From an uncultured Nitrospinota bacterium (GTDB taxonomy: Bacteria > Tectomicrobia > Entotheonellia > J063 > CAVPRW01): DNA of 64,000 nucleotides. Positions 32,494 to 43,292 of the stretch are shown one piece after another. Location of the stretch: contig CAVPRW010000011.1 of the NCBI GenBank assembly GCA_963707985.1, positions 97,632 through 161,631 of the forward strand, written 5' to 3'. Positions within the stretch are counted from its first letter, which is position 1, and every line of letters starts with the position of its first letter. A program made the position numbers and the translations under genes. Below the pieces are notes generated by a model. That model was not told where the DNA came from, searched no databases, and saw only the letters and a program-made list of their open reading frames with translations.

Positions 32494-34144
32494 ATACTTA
32501 TTGAGGCCCCCTCCTCGGCATACCACCGTGGTATGCTGGCGTTGGGAAACAATCACGCTAAAAAGAGGAGGAGACCTCATGCGATTCTACACCAAGCAGC
32601 ACCAATTTTATTGTGGCATCGATCTGCACGCCCGGACCATGTACGTCTGCATCCTGAACCAGGACGGTGAGATCCTGGTGCACCGGAATATGAAAGCCGG
32701 CCCAGAACCGTTTCTCAAGGCCATCGCCCCCTACCGGGAGGATCTCGTCGTCTGCGTCGAATGTATCTTCACCTGGTACTGGCTTGCCGACCTCTGCGCC
32801 CAGGAAGGTATTCCCTTCGTCCTCGGGCCATGCCCTCTACATGAAAGCGATCCATGGCGGCAAGGCCAAAAACGATAAGATCGACGCCCAGAAGATTGCC
32901 GTGCTGCTCCGTGGTGGCATGCTCCCGCAGGCCTACGTCTATCCGGCCGACATGCGGGCGACCCGCGACCTGCTCCGGCGCCGGATGCATCTGATGCGCA
33001 AACGGGCGGAGCTGCTGGCCCATGTCCAGAATACCAATAGCCAGTACAACCTGCCCGAGATCGGGCAAGAAGATCGCCTACAAAGCCAACCGCGACGGTG
33101 TCGCCGAGCGGTTTCCCGATCCCGCGGTGCAAAAGAGCATCGAAGTCGACCTCGCCCTGATTGGCCACTACGACCAGCTGCTCCGCGACGTGGAGCTGTC
33201 CATCCTCAAAACGGCCAAGCAGCACGACGCCAACACGCTCTATCTGCTGCGCACCGTCCCAGGGATCGGCGAGATTCTGAGCCTGGTGCTGCTCTATGAA
33301 ATCCATGACATCCAGCGCTTCCCACGCGTGCAGGATTTCGTGTCCTACTGCCGTCTGGTCAAGTGCGCCAAGGAATCGGCGGGCAAGCGCTATGGCACCT
33401 CGGGCACCAAGATCGGCAATGCCTATCTCAAATGGGCCTTCTCCGAAGCGGCCGTGCTCTTCCTCCGCAGCCAATCCTGCGGGCCAAAAATATCTCGGCC
33501 CGCTTGGAGAAAAAACACGGCAAGGGCAAAGCGTTGACCGTCTTGGCCCATAAGCTGGCCCGGGCGGTCTATTACATGTTGAAACGCGACACGGCGTTCG
33601 ATATGCACAAGTTTCTCCAGTGGCTAAGGGAGCGGAGCGGGTGAGCCTGCGCGCCTCACTGGCCACTGATGGGATGCAGCCTGGGACCAGTGCTCTGGCA
33701 ATGACTGAGCCACTGCGTCATGAACGCGCATGAGCACATAGGCTCTTATCCCTGAGCCCTGCGCGTTTGATTGGACGCCCGCTCCGGCTCCTGTGCATAC
33801 GGCGAAAGTCGACATCAGGTTGACGTGTGCTGCCCCTCACCCGAACCTGGCACTAACTGGCGCAACGATACCCGTGTCAGCCCCTCTTTTGAGTAGGACG
33901 GTATGAGGGTACAGATATGTTTCTAGGCCGCAGAGGACCCTGCTGCAGGCTCTCTGCACTCGCCATCTCGATGGCGAGCAGAGCCTCAATAAGTGTTTGG
34001 TGCAGCCACATGCTCTCTGCGCCGCCGAGGAAATCAAGTCAGAACACGCGCCAGAGGATGACTGCGCCGGCCCTACGGCGGAAAAAAGCACAAAATCCGC
34101 TCCTAGGGGTAGTTTGTCTCTTGACAACGGGGGTCCTCATAAGG
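32494..34144 (+). mobile_element. IS110-family (IS1111-type) element; transposase 32579-~33640 frameshifted; ~500-bp non-coding right end
   Basis: YCGIDLHARTMYVC, KAKNDKIDA, TVPGIG, ESAGK, GNAYLKWAF, LAHKLARAVY; subterminal IRs TTATTGAGGCCCC / GGGGGTCCTCATAA; no TSD. Confidence 0.9.
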
Positions 34145-34507
34145 GTTAGGCCAGGTTGCGTCCACCTCTGAGTCACCTCTCGTACAGGCAAAGTGGCCAC
34201 CTGACCCGAGCACTGGGATACGAGTCCAGACCAGCGAAAGCTGGACCGTACCCGTTCGGAACCGACACTGCCTGGTTGACCCGGCCCCCGCATCACTATG
34301 CGCACCCTACTGATTCTGAACGGCCGTTTCGTCATCATGAGCGCAGGATTCTTCTCGATCTCCGATGTCTCGAGGTCGCTTGGGTTCAGGGGTAGGCGCA
34401 CGACTCGCAAAATTCTCGCATGGTTCAGCGAGCGCTCCTCGATGCTGACAGCGGCGGCACTGCACTTCCTGGCTGTCGATATCTCGCCTCTCTTCGCCTC
34501 ATTCTTC

Positions 34508-35011
34508 TCAGATATGACCTTTAAAGATCTCCCTAACGAGACCGACGATCTCCCTGAGAAGAGTTACTGACGCAGTGGCGAGGGCAAGGGTCGCAACAAT
34601 CTCTGGCCCAGTCTCATGCTCAGCGAAAAGGACAGGTTCGCCGGCGCCTGTACGGAGCAGTATCAGTTTTCCCGGTCTCCCCGCAAGCTCACGGATCGTC
34701 TGGAGCGACGAGACCATCAGCCATTGATATACAAGGACGTATTCGTCTTGAAACATGAATGCATTCTGAAATTCAGCATCCTCTTGGATCGGCCAGTGCG
34801 ATATCGGACGAACCTTTATTGATGTCACGTCGGCTATTTTCGCTCCGAGCAGGTGGGCTGGCTCTCGGAGGCTCATCTCATAGTAGTGATGGTCAATCTT
34901 GTCACCAAAAGGCAACCTCATAGGCACCCCTCCGTGTACTGGATCCGGCCGAACTACTATTAGACTGCCGAATGGGTTTATGAAACACTGCAAGACCCTG
35001 CCATCTATCAC
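34508..35011 (-). CDS. Hypothetical cassette protein (probably extends to ~34330 via frameshift)
   Basis: AT-richer ORF between intI and the array; EHETGPEIVATLALATASV. Confidence 0.5.
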   Translation of the reverse strand: MIDGRVLQCFINPFGSLIVVRPDPVHGGVPMRLPFGDKIDHHYYEMSLREPAHLLGAKIADVTSIKVRPISHWPIQEDAEFQNAFMFQDEYVLVYQWLMVSSLQTIRELAGRPGKLILLRTGAGEPVLFAEHETGPEIVATLALATASVTLLREIVGLVREIFKGHI

Positions 35012-35153
35012 TCCGCCACCAGCAGCCGCCCATCCTTCAAAACCGCCTGCATGCTAGCACCCTTACGCATTCCCTTCAAGCTCCGTGCGACGCCGGTTAG
35101 GCTGCAGCATCGTGCCATCTCACATCCTCACACCGCCATACCGCCGGCCCAGC

Positions 35154-36134
35154 TCAGAGACGGTCGATGGGGCTGTAGACCCCTCTCCCTCCTCGATTCA
35201 GGACGTGGGTATAGATCATCGTCGTCTTCACGTCCTGATGCCCGAGCAGTTCTTGAATCGTGCGGATATCATCGCCATCTTCCAGCAGGTGCGTGGCGAA
35301 CGAGTGTCGCAGCGTGTGGCAGCTCACCGCCTTGGTCAAGCCGGCCTTTCTGGTCGCTTCTTTGACGGCCCGCTGTCAGACTGATTCGTGCAGGTGATGC
35401 CTCCTGTGCTCCCCAGACCTCGGGTCCAGGCTGATCTGTGAGGCCGGGAACACCCATTGCCAGCCCCATTCGCTGTGAGCGTGTGGGTACTTCCGTTGCC
35501 GCGCGCCCGGCAGATAGACCCTGCCGAAGCCGTGCGCCAAGTCGTGTGGGTGCTGTTGGCGAACGTGGTCTATATGTACCGCAAGCGGTTCTTTCACGAC
35601 GGCGGGCAGCATGGTTCGCCGATCCTTGTTGCCCTTCCCCTGGCGGACCAGGATCTGGTGGCTGGCGAAGTCAATAGCCTGCACTCGGAGTTGCAGACAC
35701 TCCAGCAGACGGAGGCCTGCCCCATGTCAGAGGCTGGCCATGTTCCAGTGGACGCCGTCGAGCGCACTCAGCAGCGCGTTGACCTCTGGTCTCGTCAACA
35801 CGACGGGGAGACGTTGCGGCCGCTTGGCGCGGACCACACCATCCAACCAGCCTAGATTCTGGCCGAGGACATGGCGGTAGAGAAAGACCAGCGCACAGAG
35901 CGCCTGATTCTGCGTCGAGGCGCTCACCTGCCCGTGCACGGCCAACGCCGAGAGAAACTGCGTGATCTCGTCTTCGCCCATCTCCAGGGGATGGCGCTTG
36001 CCATGGAACAGGATATAGCGCTTGATCCAGCTGACGTAGGCCTCCTCCGTCCGTATGCTGTAATGCCGCATCCGGATGGCCTCCCGCACGTGGTCGAGTA
36101 GTTTAGGCTTGTTCCCCTGCGGAGCGCGAGCCAT
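35154..36134 (-). pseudogene. intI: Integron integrase with two in-frame TGA stops (35727-35729, 35376-35378)
   Basis: [57 protein letters not shown]; IntI-specific insert VYLP...KYP...[34 protein letters not shown]; all three ORF pieces in one frame. Confidence 0.92.
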
Positions 36135-36469
36135 CTCGGCACGGCGTTGCACTGGCTGCGGCGAAGTTGGGAGGCGCCGACGTTCAATCCGAGGCCGTGC
36201 TGGATGGTGCCGTGGAGGAATAGGACGCCCCTCAGGGCCCCCAGCCACTGTTCCGTCGTCCATAGGCATGCCCCCATGGTCTGACGCTTCCGGGGGGCCA
36301 CTCCGGCGTGCGCCACAGCTGCCACTCCCTCAGGTCTGACATAAGATGTCTCTCGATCTACAGGACGAGCACAAGTTCGAGCGATCCCCTCCCAGACATC
36401 GATCTCCGGGGAACTTTCAAGGTTTTCCTCAGCCGGAATTGTCATGCCCGCGCCGACGTGCCCGGTGAT

Positions 36470-36482
36470 GGGTAGGTTAGGC
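36470..36482 (+). other. Candidate attI core site
   Basis: GTTAGGC at 36476-36482, upstream of and reading away from intI. Confidence 0.35.
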
Positions 36483-36696
36483 AACCCTGTGGTCCTTCCT
36501 GCTCGTCATAATGTTGATGCATATGGTTAAATATATCAACGATTTGTTGATACTACAAGAAAATATCAACAACATGGGCAGCCATCTGCGCTGTGCTGAG
36601 ATTCCAACATCACTCATGGCCTTGATCTGCGGTCCACTTTCCTCTATCGCAGGGAAGTATGGAATAGAAGGAGGTAGGCTCTAGCACAAACACGAG

Positions 36697-37953
36697 ATGC
36701 GACTAAACATCACCTGACCAAGCAGTGGTGTTGGGAGGTTGCCCGCAGGGATGACACGCGGGTGGCCCGTCGCTTGCGTCGCTAGCAGGTCATCAATGGG
36801 GTATACCGGCTGGATGAAGGAGCCTTGCTGGAGGACTGCTTTCACGTCCTGCAGGCCGTCGGCGTGATGACGTTGGTGGAGCACGCCTATGGGGAGCCAT
36901 CCCGCGCGCAAGGCTCCCGTTCATCCAGTCTGTCTTGCGCTACGGGCTGAAGACCCTGTTGGGGATTGAGCGCATGCATGCCCTGCCGAGCTGGCTGTGC
37001 AGTGATGAGGTTGTGATGCCGTTGGCAGGCTTCAAGGCCCGGCAGGTCCGCCACGGCGTGCGCCCACGTGAGGTCGCCACATGGCAGGACGAGCGACAGG
37101 CGGGGCCGATTGGCCCGGACATGCTGGCCCGAAATATCGTGAAGTGGCACGAGCGGGACCTGGAGGGCATGTGCAATGGATCCATCCGTGCCCTGGCCAA
37201 GGCCGGGGTCTTTGGGGCGAAGGTGACGGGCATGATGGATGGCACCGATCTGGAGACCACCGAGCGCTATAGCGGGTGTGGCCAGGTGACCCGCCCAGTC
37301 CGGATCGAGGATACGCGCGGCCATGTGCATGCGATCGAGGTGACCGTCTACGGCTGGAGACTGAGGGCGTGAGTATTACGGGGCTGACCACCAATGACCA
37401 GTGTGGGACGCCCGAGCTTGGGCGCCAGCACAACCGTCGGGACTTCCAGGCCAATCTGCTCCATGCGGTGGTCGTGCGCCCATGGGATGGGCGGGACTCG
37501 GGGCCCGGGGGCATAACCATCTGGTTGACAAACATTCCAGTCGAAAAGCCCTGGCAGCCCTTTGATGACGACGATAACCGCGGCCTGATCGCGCACTGCG
37601 ATATCAAGGTCGCCAAGCCGCAGTGGGCCTTGAGCCATCCGCCCCAGCAAAACGAGCGCGCCGTGAGGGTGCATGTGGCGTTGACCCTGCTGCTATTGGT
37701 ATGGGCCACGGCCTCTCGACTGCCGTGTGCGCCTGAGGCCACCGGAAGGGAGGCCGTCGGTTGGCAGCGCTGGCGGTGCCAGCTCCTGGAGCAGACCCGA
37801 GAACCGGTGCTGGTATGGGCCCAAGGCGATGACGGCATCTTGCAGCAGGCCGAAGACTCGCGGCTGGTGGGGGTCAAGCTGAAAGATGTGCTGACGGGCA
37901 TCGGCACACGTCAGGACGTCCTGGCCACGTATAGGCTCACAAGGTGCGGCTAA
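36697..37953 (+). pseudogene. Decayed DDE transposase (IS4/IS5-like)
   Basis: Fragments KTLLGIERMHALP, GMMDGTDLETT, KPWQPFDDDDNRGLI, AVRVHVALTLL; internal deletion and frameshifts. Confidence 0.6.
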
Positions 37954-38117
37954 CCGGTATGTTGGAATCTCCGCCATTCTCGTGAGAAAGCTGATGTATG
38001 AGGGTAGGGGCGGCTATCTCCTGCAGTCTGAGACGACGCATTTATCATCGACTGCTCATCCCGCTGACCCCCAAGAATCATCAGCATCTGCAAGCCCAGC
38101 TGTGCTGAGTAGAGTGT

Positions 38118-38357
38118 GTGTCACGTCACCCGTGCTTTCGGTGCTCGGTCCTTGCCGGCAATGCGCGCGCGATGTGCGACGCGATCAAGACAGAGTTATC
38201 GCTCGACAACGACGAGCCGCCCGAGCGGATGGCTCAGCTCATCAAGATGGCCGAAGCGACCTGCTTCACCCTGGCCGCCCTGCGCAACCCGGCGCCCGAG
38301 GTGCTGGAGCAAGCGATGGGCACTGCGTGGCGCGCTTCCCACCTCACCGCCCCTTGA
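38118..38357 (+). pseudogene. OsmC-like C-terminal fragment
   Basis: TELSLDNDEPPERMAQLIKMAEATCFTLAALRNP. Confidence 0.35.
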
Positions 38358-38567
38358 CCCCCTGTAGTCTCAAGACCATGCCACGAAAGCCAATTTCCTG
38401 CATCGCCGGGCGGCGCAGGTCGCTCGTCAGCTTAGGATGCCTGGCGAGCACGACCCAAAGCATCTTACCACTAGCGTGCGCCGGTTCCATCAGGTGCTGA
38501 TTGCACCTGTCCCAGCCCCTTGTCTTTCGCAGGCACAAGGAGCCATCGGCTGCGCCAATTAAGCTGC

Positions 38568-38798
38568 ATGGCGGAGCTGTGGTTGTTTCAGCGGCTCACG
38601 CTGGAAGAGAAGCAACACTTGCAAACCATGACTCGCCGCCAGATCTATGGCATAGGGGCCATGCTCTTCCAGGAGGGTGAGTCAGCGACAGCAGTCTTCT
38701 TAATCACTGCCGGTCGAATCCGGTTATACAAAAGCGTCGATCTCCTGACCAACCAGCGTCAAGTCTCAAGCGAGCAGGTGCAGCGGCCGCAGCTCTGA
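38568..38798 (+). pseudogene. Crp/Fnr cNMP-binding domain fragment
   Basis: WLFQRLT...LFQEGESATAVFLITAGRIRLYKS then breaks off. Confidence 0.65.
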
Positions 38799-39541
38799 GT
38801 CAACGTACAGGGCATGAGCAAAGGCATCAAAGCCTTCGAAAAAACTGTAGACTGCGAGCGCCTCGCGCTTCTCCTCGGTCCATACCCCTGGTTGGCGCAA
38901 CTGGGTTTGCTGCAAGGCGATCATTTATGGACAGGTCTTACTTATCGCCACGGCGAATCCCTGAGATCCTTATGACTATCACCAAAAGCGTCATGTAGAC
39001 TGGCTCTACACCCCACAGGATGAAAATGGTACGATGGAGCGTACTATCCTCCCGGTCGCTGGAGGGCATGCCACTCGCATGGGGCGCGAAAGTGCATACC
39101 GGTACGGGCCACCGGGACCCATTTTTTTTGCAGGCCGCTGAGGGCCAGGGGGTACCTGCGTGCTCTGACTGGTCCAGCGGCTTTCTTTTTTCGTGGGAAG
39201 TGACCAAGAGCCCGTAGAAGAAGACCGGTGGAAGGGTTTGATGTCGCTCATCGAACTATCGCATGGAGAGCCGGGGGCATCCAGTGTGGCGCGAAACCCA
39301 TAGCGCGGCACGGAAACATCGGGGTGTTCTGGCTTTGAGCCCTAGTGTATACTCCTCGAGCAGGTATGGAAACAGATCGCGGGCATCGCCCCGCGCCTAG
39401 CGTTCGGGCAGAGACCTAAGAACTGATCCTCTGGGGAGCACATCTTTCCCTGGCAGTGCCTGGCACGTGCCTGGCCGCCTGGGCGATGGTGCTCCAGGCG
39501 CCGAGCCGGCTTCTGCTGGGGCATGAGAGAAAAGAGCCATC

Positions 39542-40292
39542 ATGAAACGAGTGCTGATGTTGGGAGGAACTGGGGATGCGGCGCAATTGGTGGTGCAAGC
39601 CTCGGCGCTCCCAGGCATCGAGGTCATCACGTCATTGGCAGGGCGCGTTCGCCAACCTGTGACACCGGCCGGTCGGGTGCGCATGGGCGGCTTTGGTGGT
39701 ACCGAGGGATTGATCCACTACATCCGGGAAGCAACAGATCGATCTGCTGCTTGATGCGACACATCCCTTTGCGGCTCAAATGTCCCACCATGCCGCCACC
39801 GCAGCACGGGCTTGTGGTGTGCCGCACCTGATGCTGGTACGTCCAGCCTGGGAACCGGTGGCCGGAGACCGCTGGCTGTCGGTCGAGAGTCTGGCCGCGG
39901 CCGTGGAGATGCTTCCAGAGGTGGCCCAGCGAGTGTTTCTGACGATCGGCAGGCAAGAACTGGCGGCGTTTGCGTCGCTCCTGCATCTCTGGTTCCTGAT
40001 GCGGATGATTGATCCCCCCCTGCCTGGGACCCCGGTGCCGCCGGGCACCCTCGTGCTGGCACGCGGACCCTTTGCACTGGACGATGAGCGGCAGTTGCTC
40101 CAGACCTATGCGATTGAGGCGATCGTCAGTAAGAATAGTGGCGGCGAGGCGACGTACGCCAAGATCATCGCCGCACGCGAGCTCGGATTACCCGTGGTGA
40201 TGATTCAACGTCGACCATTGCCAGGCGGGGAACAGGTCGCGGATGTGCAGCAGGCGATGGCATGGCTGGTCAGGCATGTGGAGGGTGGCTGA
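39542..40292 (+). CDS. cobK: Precorrin-6A reductase (frameshift ~39735)
   Basis: VLMLGGTGDA, TSLAGR, GGFGG, DATHPFA, RGPF, VSKNSGG. Confidence 0.9.
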
Positions 40293-40377
40293 GTCGGCCA
40301 TCCCCCGCGGCACAGGACTGGCCCGGAAGGTGAGTGTGGCGAGCAGGTACGCGGCGGGAACATGCTGGCATCCGAGG

Positions 40378-41586
40378 CTATGATTTCGTGACGGTCCATT
40401 GCGTGACCGGTGCTTTTGCTTTCCACCCTAAAAATTGGCCGATCGGCTCGGCATGTTGGATGGCCATGCGGGTGAGCGCTCCCCCCTGTTGACTCTGCCA
40501 GTGCAGGAGCACCTGTTCGCTTTCGACGGTGACCGCATTGGCGACGAGTCGGCCACCGGGACGCAAGGCATGCCAGCAGCTGGCGAGCAGATGCTCCGTG
40601 GTCAATCCCCCCCCAATGAACACCGCATCCGGTGTCGGTAAATGCTGTAACCCGGCAGGCGCTTTACCGGCAATGATCTTGAGGTCGGGCGTTCCCAACG
40701 CCGTCGCATTGTCGGCGATATACTGCAGTCGCGTGGGATGGGCTTCGATGGCGATGGCCCGACAGCGGGGCGCACTGCGCATCCACTCGATGCCAATCGA
40801 GCCACAGCCCGCGCCTACGTCCCACAGCAGTTGTCCAGGCACCGGCGCCAGCGCCGCCAGTGTCACGGCACGCACCTCGCGCTTCGTGAGCTGTCCGTCA
40901 TGATGATAGGCCGCGTCGGGTAATCCGGCACAGCGCGACAGGCCAATAACCCCAGGGTCAGCGATACAGCTAATGGCGATCGTATTCAATGCCGCCACGT
41001 CCGCGGCATCCCAAGAGGCCGCAGGGCCTGTCACCAGCCGCTCATGTGTGCCCCCCATGCGTTCGAGCACGGTGAGGACGCTGTTTCCATAGCCGCGTTG
41101 GGTCAGTTGCGCGGCGACGAGTGCCGGCGTGTGCGAACCAGCGCTCAACACCAGCACTCGCGCCCCTGGATAGAGCACCGCATTCAGCAAAGCCGGGTCG
41201 CGACCACACAGACTGACCATCTCCACTTCCGTCGCGGGCCAGCCCAGATGGGCGCAGGCCAGGCTGAAGGCCGAAGGGGCTGGAACGATGGTCATTTCCT
41301 CAGGCGCTACGTGACGAGTGAGGGTGACTCCGATGCCGTAGCACATGGGATCGCCGCTCGCGAGCACGCAGATAGGCTGCCCCCGACGACGCATGATCGC
41401 CTCTATCGACGTCGCGATGGGGGTAGTCCATGGCAGTTTCTCGCGTGGATCGTCCGGCGGCAGCATCGCCAGATGGCGTGCTCCCCCCACGACGATGTGC
41501 GCCTGGGCGAGAAGCGATCGAGCGCTCGGATTCAACCCAGCCAGTCCGTCTTCGCCAATGCCAACAATCGAGAGCCATTTTTTCAT
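40378..41586 (-). CDS. cobL: Precorrin-6Y C5,15-methyltransferase (CbiE/CbiT fusion)
   Basis: SIVGIGEDG, LASGDPMCYGIG, HDGQLTKREVRA, WDVGAGCGSIGIEW, NAVTVESE. Confidence 0.93.
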   Translation of the reverse strand: MKKWLSIVGIGEDGLAGLNPSARSLLAQAHIVVGGARHLAMLPPDDPREKLPWTTPIATSIEAIMRRRGQPICVLASGDPMCYGIGVTLTRHVAPEEMTIVPAPSAFSLACAHLGWPATEVEMVSLCGRDPALLNAVLYPGARVLVLSAGSHTPALVAAQLTQRGYGNSVLTVLERMGGTHERLVTGPAASWDAADVAALNTIAISCIADPGVIGLSRCAGLPDAAYHHDGQLTKREVRAVTLAALAPVPGQLLWDVGAGCGSIGIEWMRSAPRCRAIAIEAHPTRLQYIADNATALGTPDLKIIAGKAPAGLQHLPTPDAVFIGGGLTTEHLLASCWHALRPGGRLVANAVTVESEQVLLHWQSQQGGALTRMAIQHAEPIGQFLGWKAKAPVTQWTVTKS

Positions 41587-41783
41587 CGCATGCTTCCCCA
41601 ACACCACAAGGCCGAGCTACAGCCTGGACGCCTTCGATGAACTGCTGGACTTCCACTCCTCAAGGCTGGTATGATAACACACTCACAAGAACCTCAGGGT
41701 ATAGATACTCGCGACCCTTCTCAAGCTAGCTCGACCCCGGGTGACGCCGCGTGACCCATAGCTGAGCGGGAAGGAGGGAGAAG

Positions 41784-43292
41784 ATGGGGCGACAACCTCA
41801 GCCACTCGTGTGTCCTGGTTTATTTTATGCCACTCCTGCCCAGGATGGAGCCATTTACCGCATTCGTACGCCGGCCGGGCTGTTGACCAGCGCGCAAGCC
41901 GGTGTTGTGGCGCATTTCGCCGAGCAGATGGGGGGTGGATACCTCCAGATTACGAATCGGGCCAATCTACAGGTTCGCTCCGTACACATGGTGGCGCCGC
42001 CATCGTTGCTGAGCGCTTTCCAGGACGTCGGGCTGGCCGCTGCAGTATCTGGAGTCGATCATCTGCGCAATATCATGGCGAGTCCAACGGCTGGCATCGA
42101 TCCGCAAGCCTTGATCGATACGCGCCCATTGGTGACGGCACTGGATCACGCCATTGTCCAGCATGAGGAGTTTGCAGGGCTGCCAGCCAAGTTCAGTGTG
42201 GGGCTCGATGGCGGAGAAGGGGTTTCCGTGCGCCATCACCCCAATGATATCTGGTTGGTGGCGACAGCGAATCCTCAACCAGGCGCTGGGAAGCATCTGC
42301 CCGCATCCTTCCGTCTCTTGTTCAATGCTGGACAGGGGCAGGAGCTGGAGACCGGTCTCCTGGTACGCCCCGAAGAATGCGTGCCGCTAGTGGTGGCGAT
42401 CGCCCAGGTGTACCTCACGCACGTCGAACACCGTCGGCCTCCTGCCGCCGGCAAGAAACCGCGCCTGAGACAGGTCATCGCGCAGCAGGGAATCATCTGG
42501 TATGTGGAACAATTACGGCGACTCTTGCCCTTTACGCTGCCCCAACAGCCTGTGGTGGTGGCCCGGTCAGCCGACGTCACGCCCCATTCTCGGCATCTCG
42601 GTGCACACCCTCAACGGCAGCACGGTCTCTCGTACCTCGGTGTGGTCGCTCCTCTCGGTCGACTGGCAATCCAGCAGCTGCAAGCGCTGGCAGACCTCTC
42701 GCAGGTCTACGGCAGCGGCATGTTACGCCTCACACCCTGGGAAAATGTGCTGATTCCCGATGTCCCCACCGAACGTGTGCCGGCACTGCACCAGGCCATC
42801 GAACAGCTGGGACTGCATGACTCGGCGACACATCCCTGGAGCGCGCTGGTGGCGTGTACTGGGAACCGGGGGTGTCAGGCTTCGGCCACCGATACGACCG
42901 GCCATGCCCTCAACCTCGCCAACCACCTCGCCCAGCACGGTCGCCTCGATCAACCCGTGAACATTCACTTGAGCGGCTGCACGAAATCCTGTGCGCAGCA
43001 TCACAAGAGTGATATCGCCCTAGTGGGCATCACGCTGCAGCAAGGTGACCAGACCGTAGAGGGGTATCGGGTTCATGTCGGAGCGTCGGAGCAGCCTTTT
43101 GGCCGGGTCTTGTCAGAGGCGGTGCCGGCAGACGACATGCCTGCCCTGATGGCGAGTCTCCTGCAAGTGTATCGGGACCATCGCCAGACCGTTGATGAAG
43201 CGTTTGGAGCATTTGCTGACCGCAATTCCATTCCCACCCTACAGGGGTTATTGAAGCCACCGCCGGGCGACGGGACAGCATCGTATGATTGA
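41784..43292 (+). CDS. cobG: Precorrin-3B synthase
   Basis: CPGLFYATPAQDG, ITNRANLQVR, RNIMASPTAG, LPAKFS, LRLTPWEN, ACTGNRGC, HLSGCTKSCA; context. Confidence 0.9.
   Translation: MGRQPQPLVCPGLFYATPAQDGAIYRIRTPAGLLTSAQAGVVAHFAEQMGGGYLQITNRANLQVRSVHMVAPPSLLSAFQDVGLAAAVSGVDHLRNIMASPTAGIDPQALIDTRPLVTALDHAIVQHEEFAGLPAKFSVGLDGGEGVSVRHHPNDIWLVATANPQPGAGKHLPASFRLLFNAGQGQELETGLLVRPEECVPLVVAIAQVYLTHVEHRRPPAAGKKPRLRQVIAQQGIIWYVEQLRRLLPFTLPQQPVVVARSADVTPHSRHLGAHPQRQHGLSYLGVVAPLGRLAIQQLQALADLSQVYGSGMLRLTPWENVLIPDVPTERVPALHQAIEQLGLHDSATHPWSALVACTGNRGCQASATDTTGHALNLANHLAQHGRLDQPVNIHLSGCTKSCAQHHKSDIALVGITLQQGDQTVEGYRVHVGASEQPFGRVLSEAVPADDMPALMASLLQVYRDHRQTVDEAFGAFADRNSIPTLQGLLKPPPGDGTASYD

Noticed and set aside
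35376..35729. Selenocysteine or alternative-code read-through of the intI TGA codons
   Set aside because: They fall at expected Leu positions, other decay substitutions are present, and TGA is a normal stop throughout the window.
38800..39540. Cobalamin riboswitch upstream of cobK
   Set aside because: Could not find the ordered GGGAA...GCCACTG...AGACC elements on either strand; cmscan would be decisive.
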